Assembly: GCA_965248845.1 (NCBI GenBank)
Contig: CBDFKO010000002.1
Coordinates: 2,450,369-2,514,368, forward strand
Reading direction: 5' to 3'
Origin: Acidobacteriota bacterium
Lineage (GTDB): Bacteria; Acidobacteriota; UBA890; WLXD01
Length of the DNA: 64,000 nt
In this document: in pieces, positions 1 to 11,923 of the stretch
Numbering within the stretch: position 1 is the first letter of the stretch
Layout: every line of letters begins with the position of its first letter
The notes under the pieces: model-generated
Seen by the model: the letters and a program-made list of their open reading frames with translations, nothing else
What the model was told of the DNA's origin: nothing
Database searches by the model: none
Program-made: the position numbers and the translations under genes

Positions 1-599
1 GTCGGCTCGTCCGCCAACAGGATCTCCGGCTCGCTGACGACGGCACGGGCGACCGCGACGCGCTGCTGGTGACCGCCCGAAAGCTGGCTGGGGTAGCGCT
101 TGGCCCGATCGGCGATGTCGAAGCGCTCCAGGGCCTCGAGGACCCGGCGCTTGCGCTCAGGAGCGCCGAGCCCGAGGTAGGTGAGCGGCAAATCGACGTT
201 CTCGTAGGCAGTCAGGTCACCGATCAGATTGAAGCTCTGAAAGATGAAGCCGATCTCCCGGTTGCGCACGTGGGCACGCTCCGAGGCGCCGAGACGATTG
301 ATGTCGAAGCCGTTGAGCTCATACGTGCCCTCCGTGGGTGAGTCGAGCAGGCCGAGTAACGACAGGAGCGTCGTCTTGCCGCAACCCGACGGGCCGTCGA
401 CCCCGACAAACTCACCGCGCTCGATCTCGAGATCGATAGCCTCGAGCGCCACGGTTCTCGAGGAGCCCGAGCCGAAGACCTTGCTGACCCCTTGCAGGCG
501 GATCAATGGCCCTTGGTGGCCGTCGTCGCCGCCCTTCACCGTGGTGAAGCCCGTACCGGAGCCTCCAAACCCGAAGACTCGACCCAGCTTCCCGAACAC
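1..599 (-). CDS. ABC transporter ATP-binding protein (LolD/MacB-like), runs off the window edge
   Basis: Manual minus-strand translation: LIRLQGVSKVFG..ALEAIDLEIERGEFVGVDGPSGCGKTTLLS (Walker A), LSGGHQQRVAVARA..EILLADEP (signature/Walker B). GTG start preceded by AAGGAG. Confidence 0.9.
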   Translation of the reverse strand, partial: MFGKLGRVFGFGGSGTGFTTVKGGDDGHQGPLIRLQGVSKVFGSGSSRTVALEAIDLEIERGEFVGVDGPSGCGKTTLLSLLGLLDSPTEGTYELNGFDINRLGASERAHVRNREIGFIFQSFNLIGDLTAYENVDLPLTYLGLGAPERKRRVLEALERFDIADRAKRYPSQLSGGHQQRVAVARAVVSEPEILLADEP

Positions 600-728
600 C
601 GACTTCTCCTTCAATGTGCTGCGCCCGGCGCACCGATCCCTTCGGGGAGTTTAGACGCTGCAGGGCGCGAATCGTTTCGTCGGACCCCTCGGGCATCAAC
701 TTCTGGAAAGCGCGTTGCGGCGGCCATC

Positions 729-760
729 ATTCATACGTATGATTCATACGAACGTTCGAA
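729..760. promoter_or_regulatory. Probable TetR operator / divergent promoter
   Basis: Perfect palindrome TCATACGTATGA (731-742) overlaps a repeat of ATTCATACG. Imperfect palindrome TTCATACGAACGTTCGAA (743-760). Lies in an AT-rich patch just upstream of tetR. Confidence 0.65.
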
Positions 761-794
761 TTAACCTGCGCCGTTCCCGAAGGAGCCCGCGTCG

Positions 795-1469
795 ATGAGC
801 CAACGTTCCACCAAAGAGCGTCTGCTGGATGCCGCCGAACGGCTGTTCGCTGACCAGGGCTTTGCCGCGACCTCGCTGCGCGACCTGACCGCCGCGGCCG
901 ATGCGAACCTGGCGGCTGTGAATTATCACTTCGGCAGCAAGGACGCGTTGCTCGAGGCGGTCTTCGAGCACCGTCTCGGGCCCGTGAACCGGGCGCGTCT
1001 GGAGTTGCTCGACGGCTTCGAGGCCGAGCATGGCAACGACGCAGTGGCCCTGGAGCGGATCCTCTGGGCCAACCTGTCGCCGCCGTTCCGCAAGCTGCAC
1101 GACGAGCGCGACCCCGGGAGTAACTTCATGCGCCTGGTGGCCCGGCTCAACGTCGATCCGAACCACCACATTCACGAGGTCTTCTTGCGCCAGTTCGAGA
1201 CCGTACGCCAGCGCTTCTTGGCGGCGCTCGAGCGTACGCTGCCGCACCTGGATCGCACCGAGGTCGAGCGGCGTATGCACTACGTGCTGGGCTCGATGAT
1301 GCACACCTTCTGCTGGAGCCAGGCGGTTCACTGTCTGTGCTCGGTGGCCCCGCCCGAGGGCGACCAGGTTCTCCGCTCGCTGATCGGTTTCGCGGCCGCG
1401 GGCATGCGCGCGCCAGCGGGCAACCCCGCGCTCGATCTCGAGCCGCAGGCCGTGGGGGTCTCGGCGTGA
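795..1469 (+). CDS. TetR/AcrR family transcriptional regulator
   Basis: N-terminal HTH TKERLLDAAERLFADQGFAATSLRDLTAAADANLAAVNYHFGSKDAL; AAGGAG RBS. Confidence 0.95.
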   Translation: MSQRSTKERLLDAAERLFADQGFAATSLRDLTAAADANLAAVNYHFGSKDALLEAVFEHRLGPVNRARLELLDGFEAEHGNDAVALERILWANLSPPFRKLHDERDPGSNFMRLVARLNVDPNHHIHEVFLRQFETVRQRFLAALERTLPHLDRTEVERRMHYVLGSMMHTFCWSQAVHCLCSVAPPEGDQVLRSLIGFAAAGMRAPAGNPALDLEPQAVGVSA

Positions 1470-2926
1470 GGGCAACCAGCGTGGCGCTGGTCGTGCTTCT
1501 TTCGGCCTCCTGCGTTTCGGCGCCGCCGGCAACGCGTCCCGCGACCGACGTGCGCGTCCCGAACGCCTGGACCGCAGATCTGGATCCCCGGGAGCAAGCA
1601 GCCATCGACGAGACCTGGTGGGAGCACTTCGGCGATGAGCAGCTCACTAGCGTCGTCGAGCAGGCACTGGCCAACAACACCGATCTGCTCGCCGCCGCGG
1701 CCCGTGTGCGGCAGGCCGAGGCCAGCGCGCGCATCGCCGGTGCCGACACGAAGCCCCAGCTCGGAGCATCGTTCAACGGGAGCCGCGGCAAGCGCAACTT
1801 CGTCGGCTTCCCGATTCCGGGGGGCGAAGGCGACGTCCTGAGCACCACCTCGACCACGCTGGGGGTATCGCTGGACCTGTCGTGGGAGATCGACCTGTGG
1901 GGCCGCCTCAGCGCCCGGGCGCGTGAGGGAGTGGCGTCCTACCAGGCCAGCCGCGCCGACCTGGCAGGCGTCAGGCTCTCCGTGGCCGGGCAGACGGCGA
2001 AGGCTTGGTTCGCGGTAGCCGAGGCTTGGCAACAGGCGCGGCTCGCCGAGCAGACGGTGTCGAGCTTCGATCGTTCGGCCAACCAGGTTCGCGCTCGGTT
2101 CGAGCAAGGGGTACGACCGTCACTCGACCTGCGACTGGCACTCTCGCAGCTCGCCGCGGCACGAGCGATCCTGGAGGCCCGCAAGCAGCAGCTCGACGCT
2201 GTGAGCCGGCAGCTCGAGATCCTCATCGGCCGCTACCCGGGCAGGGATCTGGAGCTCCCGGAGCTGCTCATCGACACCCCTGCCCCGATCCCGGCGGGCC
2301 TGCCCGCCGACCTGGTGGCGCGCCGCCCCGATCTGGCGGCGGTCGAACGCCGGCTGATGGCAGCGGATGAACGCCATCGGGCGGCGCGCCAATCGCTGTA
2401 TCCGCGGCTCAGCCTGACGGCCTCCGGCGGCACCTCGAGCAACGAGCTCGGGGACCTGGTCAAGGGTAACTTCAGTGTCTGGAGCCTGGTCGGCAACCTC
2501 GCTGCCCCGATCTTCCAGGGCGGCCGACTCCGTGCCGGCGTCGATCTGGCGGCTGCTGGCATCGACGAGTCCTTTGCCAGCTATGTCGGCACCGCGCTGC
2601 GCGCCTATGGGGAGGTCGAGACCACGCTGACCGCCGAGGGTCTGCTTGCCGAGCAGGTGCGATACCTGGGCGATGCCTCCCGCCAGTCGCTGGCAGCGCA
2701 GAACCTGGCCGAGGATCGCTACCGCTCCGGACTCTCCGACTACATAACCGTATTGGAGTCGCAGCGCCGCTACTTCGATGCCGAGAGTGCCTACCTCGCT
2801 GGGCGCCGGCAGCGTCTCGACAACCGGGTCGATCTGTTCCTCGCGCTCGGCGGCGGCTTCGACTCCCGAATGGTCTTGACCGAGACTGCCGACCCCGATG
2901 CCGCTGCGCAGGAGAGCCTCCGATGA
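1466..2926 (+). CDS. RND efflux outer-membrane lipoprotein (NodT/OprM family)
   Basis: Lipobox LSAS-C; WWEHFGDEQL, LSWEIDLWGRL, PAGLPADLVARRPDL, LFLALGGG motifs. GTGA overlap with tetR. Confidence 0.95.
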   Translation: MRATSVALVVLLSASCVSAPPATRPATDVRVPNAWTADLDPREQAAIDETWWEHFGDEQLTSVVEQALANNTDLLAAAARVRQAEASARIAGADTKPQLGASFNGSRGKRNFVGFPIPGGEGDVLSTTSTTLGVSLDLSWEIDLWGRLSARAREGVASYQASRADLAGVRLSVAGQTAKAWFAVAEAWQQARLAEQTVSSFDRSANQVRARFEQGVRPSLDLRLALSQLAAARAILEARKQQLDAVSRQLEILIGRYPGRDLELPELLIDTPAPIPAGLPADLVARRPDLAAVERRLMAADERHRAARQSLYPRLSLTASGGTSSNELGDLVKGNFSVWSLVGNLAAPIFQGGRLRAGVDLAAAGIDESFASYVGTALRAYGEVETTLTAEGLLAEQVRYLGDASRQSLAAQNLAEDRYRSGLSDYITVLESQRRYFDAESAYLAGRRQRLDNRVDLFLALGGGFDSRMVLTETADPDAAAQESLR

Positions 2927-4127
2927 ACCCCAAGCTCGTCACCGCGCTCAAGATCGTGGTACCCGTCGCCATCCTCGCCGCCGGCGGCATCGGCGCCGCC
3001 CAGCTGGCCACAATCCGGCCCGACGTGGAGACACGCCCGGCCGAGGTACTCGCGCCCCAGATCCGGGTTCTGCGGGTCGAGCCGCAGGACATCCGCCTGA
3101 GCGTACGGAGCCAGGGCACGGTGAGCCCGCGAAGCGAGAGCCGTGTCGTGCCGGAGATCTCCGGTCGGGTCGTTTGGGTGTCACCCGATTTCATCTCGGG
3201 CGGCTTCTTCGAGGACGGACAGCCGCTGCTGCGCATCGAGAGCTACGACTACGAGCAGGCGGTCGTCCGCGCCCAGGCCCAGGTCGCAGCGACCAAGCTC
3301 CGGCTGGCGCTCGAAGAGGCGGAGGCCGAGCTCGCTGCCGAGGAGTGGGCCGAGCTCGGCGAAGGCGAGGCGCCGCCGCTGACCCTTCGGGTTCCGCAAC
3401 TTGCCAACGCCAGGGCGGCGGTAGCGGCGGCCGAGGCCAACTTGCAGCAGGCCGACCACAATCTGCGGCGCACCGAGATCCGAGCTCCGTACGCCGGCCG
3501 GGTCCGCGACAAGAGCGTCGATATCGGTCAGTTCGTCAGCCCGGGTGCCTCGCTCGGCGTCCTGTATGCCATCGACTACGCCGAGATCCGCCTGCCCCTG
3601 CCCGACGGCGACCTGGCCTACGTCGATCTACCCCTCGTTTACCGGGGCGACCGCGCCCGGCGCGGGCCGCGGGTGACGTTGAGCGCAGAGTTCGCCCGCA
3701 GGACCTGGACGTGGAGCGGCCGCGTGGTCCGCACCGAGGGCGAGATCGACCGAGCCAGCCGCATGGTGCACGCGGTCGCCCAGGTGGCCGACCCCTACGG
3801 CCGCGGCGCCGATCCCGATCGCCCTCCGCTTGCCGCCGGCATGTACGTGCGCGCCGAGATCGCGGGCATCACCATGCACGATGTCGTCGTGCTGCCGCGC
3901 GCGGCGGTTCGAGCCGACGGGCGCATTCTGGTGGTCGATGCCGACAATCGGCTTCGCTTCCGCGAGATCGAGGTAGCGCGCGCCGACCGCGAGCAGGTAA
4001 TCGTCTCGGCAGGCCTGGGATCCGGTGATCGTGTCTGCCTGACGAACCTGGACGTGGTGACCGACGGCATGCCGGTGCGAGTCGCCGAGCCGACCACCGG
4101 CAGCGACACGATGACCGAGGCAATCCA

Positions 4128-4131
<4 letters not shown>
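2923..4131 (+). CDS. RND efflux periplasmic adaptor (MFP)
   Basis: N-terminal TM; VPEISGRV lipoyl half-motif, EIRAPYAGRV, GMYVRAEI, LPRAAV. Confidence 0.95.
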
Positions 4132-7367
<3,236 letters not shown>

Positions 7368-8400
7368 CGATCAGGGCCTCGTCCGACGCTTGGCGCGCGA
7401 CCTTGCGAGCCCCCGCCACGGCGGCGGCGCCGGACGTACCCGTGAAGATGGCCTCGGTGCGCGCCAGCTCCATAACGGTGCGATACGCCGTCTTGTCGTC
7501 GATCGTCACCACGCCGTCGATGTAGTCCCACCAGACGGTCTCGGGCATGAAGTCCTCGCCGATGCCGTCGATCAGGTACGGGTGGATCTGCTCGGCGGGC
7601 GGCAGCTCGCGGTGCTCGAAGTAGTAGGCATAGATGCTGCCCACGGTGTCGACGCCGATCACCTGGATGTCCGGGTTGCGCTCCTTGAGGAACTTGCCCG
7701 TGCCGCTGATCGTCCCGCCGGTGCCGATCCCAGCGACCCAGTGGGTGATCCTGCCGTCGGTCTGACGCCAGATCTCGGGCCCCGTGGTGGCGACATGGGT
7801 CAACGGATTGGCCTGGTTGTAGTACTGGTACGGCAGGTAGGCTCCCTCCTCGTCGCGGATGCGCTCGGCGACCTTGTAGTAGGAGCTCGGGTCGTCGGCC
7901 TCGACGTCCGTCGGGCACAGGATTACCTCGACGCCGAAGGCCTTCATCAGGGCCACCTTCTCGGGCGGGATCTTGTCGGCGGCCGTGCAGACCATGCGGT
8001 AGCCCTTCAACACCGCGGCCATCGCCAGCCCCAGACCGGTGTTGCCTGAGGTGGGCTCGACGATGGTGCCGCCCGGCTTCAGGAGCCCGGCCTCCTCGCC
8101 CGCCTGGATCAGGGCCGGACCGATGCGGTCCTTGACGCTGGAGCCGGGGTTGAAGGACTCGATCTTGGCCGCCACCCGGGGGCCGTCGGGGAACATGCGC
8201 GCCAGCTGCACCAGCGGCGTATTGCCGAGCGTCTCGAGGATGTTGCCGTAGATCTCCACGCGCCTATCCTGGACGTACTGATCCCGGAGGTCGGAGTAAG
8301 GAGACGGAGCCCGGAAGCGCCGGAACCGGGGACCACAGATGATAATGTTCTGACCTTACCACGCTCGCCTCAGGCCCCTTTAGCGCCGCACTGGAGCAGC

Positions 8401-8709
8401 ATGACCACGATCGCGCCGGAGGAGCTGGCCGAGCGTCTCCGGGCTGGCGAACGCCCGCAGATCATCGATACCCGCAGCACCTGGGAGTTCGGGCGCGGGC
8501 GGGTTCCTGGTGCTCGCCACGTGCCATTTTGGCGGTTGCTGCGGCCAGCCCCAGATCTGACGGCCGGCAGCCACCCGATCCTGTATTGCGGCTACGGTCC
8601 CCGCGCCTGGCTGGCAGGCTGGGCCCTGCGGTGGAGCGGCGTTCACCCTTGCTACCTGCGCGGCCACATGAGCGGCTGGTACCGACGCCGCCTACCGGTC
8701 GAACGATGA
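8401..8709 (+). CDS. Rhodanese-like domain protein
   Basis: IIDTRSTWEFGRGRVPGARHVP, LYCGYGPRA, LRGHMSGW. Confidence 0.85.
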   Translation: MTTIAPEELAERLRAGERPQIIDTRSTWEFGRGRVPGARHVPFWRLLRPAPDLTAGSHPILYCGYGPRAWLAGWALRWSGVHPCYLRGHMSGWYRRRLPVER

Positions 8710-9242
8710 GCCCGGCCCGACTCACCTTCGCGCTGACGGCGGCCATCGCCTTGCTGCTGGTAGCGCTCGCCTTCGTCCCCGTGGCAGACGGCGCCACCGG
8801 GTTCCCACACCCTGACTTCGCCGGCATGCTGCAGGGTGGCGACGGACTGGTGCGTCACGGCCACCTCCTTGTGCTCGGGTGGCTCTTCGCGGCCCTGCAG
8901 GTCGGCCTTTACGCTGCCATGATCGCGCTCGGGGCCTCGCGGCGCGGGCACCTCGGTGGCCTTGCTCCCCATCTGATCGGCTGGAACCTGCTGTACCTGG
9001 CAGTGTGGACCGGGATCATCCTGGCCTATCGCGTCGAGTTCGCCGACCCGGCCGCGCGCCTCGGCGGCCTACCGCTGTCCACCGCGATGCTGGTCTATGG
9101 GCTGTGGCCGGTACCGGCGTTCTACGGCTGGCTCTACTTTCGCTCCTTCCGCCGCTGGATCTTCCGGGCCGAGGACGAGGCCGCGTTTCACCGGCTGCTC
9201 GCCGAGCGCCGCGCCCGCACCGAGTCCGGCGAGTCGAGCTGA
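8706..9242 (+). CDS. Small membrane protein, probable partner of the downstream SSS transporter
   Basis: About 4 hydrophobic segments; overlapping start/stop junctions with both neighbours. Confidence 0.7.
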   Translation: MSPARLTFALTAAIALLLVALAFVPVADGATGFPHPDFAGMLQGGDGLVRHGHLLVLGWLFAALQVGLYAAMIALGASRRGHLGGLAPHLIGWNLLYLAVWTGIILAYRVEFADPAARLGGLPLSTAMLVYGLWPVPAFYGWLYFRSFRRWIFRAEDEAAFHRLLAERRARTESGESS

Positions 9243-10738
9243 TGGAGTCCTGGCGACCCGAGATCATCATGACCTGCCTGGCGCTCTACCTAGCGCTGTG
9301 CCTCGGCATCGGGCTCTGGGCCCTGCGGCGAACCCGGTCGCCACGCGACTTCTTCGTCGCTGGCCGCCAGCTCGGCTTCATGGTCACGGGCCTGGCGATG
9401 TTCTCGAGCACGCTGAGCGGCTTCGGCTTCGTCGGCGGCCCCGGCCTCATCTACACCATGGGCATGAGCTCGGTGTGGATCATCATCACCGCCACCTCGG
9501 GCAACGCGATCTCGACCTTTCTGCTCACCAAGCGCCTGCGCCTGATCGCCGAGCTGCGCGACACGGTGTCGCTACCCGACGCGGTCGCGGCGCGCTACGG
9601 CAGCGAGACCACCCGCCTGCTCACGGCGGTCGCCATCCTGCTCGGAGTGCTCGGCTACCTGGGAACCCAGATCCTGGCCATGGCGACCGTCCTGCAGACG
9701 TTGCTGCTGAGCACCGACACCTTTGCGGGCATCGGCCTCGTGGCCTGCGTCGCCTTCTCTTCGGCGGTTCTGATCTTCTACTGCGTCACCGGCGGCGTGA
9801 TCGCCGGGGTCTACACCGACTTGGTCCAAGGCGGCGTCATGCTCGTCGCATCCGTGCTCGTGTTCGTCGCCGCGGCCGCGGCGGTCGACGGTGGGCTCGG
9901 CGGGGCGGTTGACACGCTGGTAATCGACGACCCGGAATCAGCCAGCGCTTGGGGCACCATGGGCATCGTCGGCTGCCTGTCCTGGTACTTCCTGTTCACC
10001 GTCGGCGGCGTCGGTCAGCCACACATCATCACCAAGTCGATGATGTACCGCCGCGTCGCGGACGCCCCCAAGATCCTGCCCGTCATCCTCACCGCCTATA
10101 CCTTCTCGGCCCTGCTCTGGATCGGCATCGGCCTGGCTATGCGCGCGCTCGTCCTGCAGGGCGCCCACCCACCGCTGAGCGCCCCCGACCAGGCGGCGGC
10201 CCAGTTCCTGCAGACCTACGCCAACCCGCTGCTGGCCGGTGTCGTGTTCGCCGGCCTGTTCGCCGCCATCATGTCGACCGCCGACGCCTTTCTGAATATC
10301 GGCGCCGCCGCACTGGTCCACGACATCCCGATCGGTCTACGGGGTCGTGCGGCGGGCCGGGAGCTGTTCTGGGCCCGCAACGCGACAGCGATGCTCGGCG
10401 TCGCCGCCGCGCTCTTCGCGCTCTACTCCCACTACGTCAACGACCGGCTGGTCGCGCTCCTGGGTGCGTTTGGCTGGGGCACGTTCGCCGCCGCCCTCGT
10501 CCCGGTCGTCGGCATCGGTTTCAACTGGAAACGCGCCACGCCCCTGGCCGCCAACACGGCCATCGTGGTCAGCCTGATCCTCAACTTCGGCATCGAGGTT
10601 TTCGACGTTGCCCTGCCCCACGGGCTGCATGGCGGGACCGTGGCGTTGATCGCCTCGCTCCTCTTGTTCTTTGGGATCTCGTATGCGTCGGAGCCGGTGG
10701 GGATCGCGCCGGATATTGATGCGGTGATGGATCTTTAG
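9242..10738 (+). CDS. Sodium:solute symporter (PutP/PanF-like)
   Basis: DFFVAGRQLG, SGFGFVGGPG, YTDLVQG, GQPHI, AAIMSTAD motifs; many TM helices. Confidence 0.93.
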   Translation: MESWRPEIIMTCLALYLALCLGIGLWALRRTRSPRDFFVAGRQLGFMVTGLAMFSSTLSGFGFVGGPGLIYTMGMSSVWIIITATSGNAISTFLLTKRLRLIAELRDTVSLPDAVAARYGSETTRLLTAVAILLGVLGYLGTQILAMATVLQTLLLSTDTFAGIGLVACVAFSSAVLIFYCVTGGVIAGVYTDLVQGGVMLVASVLVFVAAAAAVDGGLGGAVDTLVIDDPESASAWGTMGIVGCLSWYFLFTVGGVGQPHIITKSMMYRRVADAPKILPVILTAYTFSALLWIGIGLAMRALVLQGAHPPLSAPDQAAAQFLQTYANPLLAGVVFAGLFAAIMSTADAFLNIGAAALVHDIPIGLRGRAAGRELFWARNATAMLGVAAALFALYSHYVNDRLVALLGAFGWGTFAAALVPVVGIGFNWKRATPLAANTAIVVSLILNFGIEVFDVALPHGLHGGTVALIASLLLFFGISYASEPVGIAPDIDAVMDL

Positions 10739-10750
10739 CGCGGGCGAAGC

Positions 10751-10838
10751 TTCGGCGGTAAGGCGGCGTGGGGCGTCGAGCTCCGCCCAAGTTGCGCCGA
10801 ACCACGATACCCCACTGCGCCGCCGCCCCACCTCCGAA
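10751..10838. repeat. Palindromic intergenic repeat, short copy
   Basis: TTCGG...CCGAA ends; core GTCGAGCTCCGCCC-N3-TTGCGCCGAACCACG-N2-ACCCCAC shared with 20927-20967. Confidence 0.75.
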
Positions 10839-10840
10839 CG

Positions 10841-10878
10841 AAAACAGCCCCCGGCAGCCTCAGCCGCCGGGGGCGGTT
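10841..10878 (-). terminator. Rho-independent terminator
   Basis: Stem GCCCCCGGC/GCCGGGGGC followed on the minus strand by a T-run; downstream of the 10896 gene. Confidence 0.7.
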
Positions 10879-10895
10879 CCCTACGATCCGTCAGC

Positions 10896-11888
10896 TCAGG
10901 AGATCTCGAACGCAACCTCCGTCTTTGCCTCCTGATCGGTCACCTTATCCTTCACCGTGATCTCGAACTTGTACATCTTGCCGACCTCCAACCCCTGGAC
11001 CTGCGACAGCGGGATCGGCTGGCCGACCGTCGGGCGGCTCATGGTCTGTGGTGGCATGCGCACGATGCTGGCGCCGGTCTCGTCGAGAATCCGGTAGTTG
11101 AGCTCGATGTTGAAGGCGTGCGTGGCCGGGTCGGGCTGGGCTCCGGTGACGATGTACATCAGCTCGATCTGCGGCGTGTCCTTGGGGAACACGTGGGTCA
11201 CGTTGTCGGGCACCAGGATGGTGAGCACCATGATCCCGTCGTAGACCGTGTTCGCCAGGAAGGAGCCGGGGGCGATGCTCGGTGGCCCCACGACCATGAG
11301 CACGCTGCTCGTCCCCAAGCGTGTCAGCAGGTTGGGAACCTCGAAGCTCTCCAGTCGGGTCGCCGCCTTGCCGCTGACCGAATCGCGGACGCCCCAGACC
11401 AGCTCGTAGGTACCGGGCTGGAACGTGTCGCCGAAGCTGTAGGTCCCCGACGTCGTTTCGTCACCACCGGTCTTGGCGAGCTGGAACCCCGCGCCGATAC
11501 GGGTGATCTCGGCGCCATTCTGCAGCACGGCACCGAATAGCTCCATGTTGGCGACCTCGGTCGGCATGGCGCCCGCGGCCTCGGCCGCGGCGTCCGCAAA
11601 CGGGTCGGCGCCGAACATCACGCCTTCCTTGCTGGTGCGGAAACCAATCATGGCCAGCGTTCCGCCTTGCAGCGACGGGAAGAAATAGGTGCGCGCCGTC
11701 AGGTCGAGGTCTTCGGCCATAGTGCCGCCGAGGGCCGCCTCGAGCACCGCGCTAGCCTCGGGCGACAGAACCACGCCCGGGGCCATCGGGGCTGCGGGGG
11801 CCAGCGAGATCTCCTGCGCCGCGGCGGGTAGGGCGGCGACGACGACGAGGGCGCATAGGGCGCCCGAACGGACGGTTGATCGAAGCAT
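10896..11888 (-). CDS. Exported hypothetical protein with tandem Ig-like domains resembling the GWxTD/VWA C-terminal region
   Basis: Signal peptide (LPAAA-QE); PGTYELVWGVRDSVSGK and GKMYKFEITVKDKVTDQ motifs; AAGGAG RBS. Confidence 0.75.
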   Translation of the reverse strand: MLRSTVRSGALCALVVVAALPAAAQEISLAPAAPMAPGVVLSPEASAVLEAALGGTMAEDLDLTARTYFFPSLQGGTLAMIGFRTSKEGVMFGADPFADAAAEAAGAMPTEVANMELFGAVLQNGAEITRIGAGFQLAKTGGDETTSGTYSFGDTFQPGTYELVWGVRDSVSGKAATRLESFEVPNLLTRLGTSSVLMVVGPPSIAPGSFLANTVYDGIMVLTILVPDNVTHVFPKDTPQIELMYIVTGAQPDPATHAFNIELNYRILDETGASIVRMPPQTMSRPTVGQPIPLSQVQGLEVGKMYKFEITVKDKVTDQEAKTEVAFEIS

Positions 11889-11923
11889 CGGGGACTCCTT
11901 GTGAGGCTGGGCGACCCGTAGAG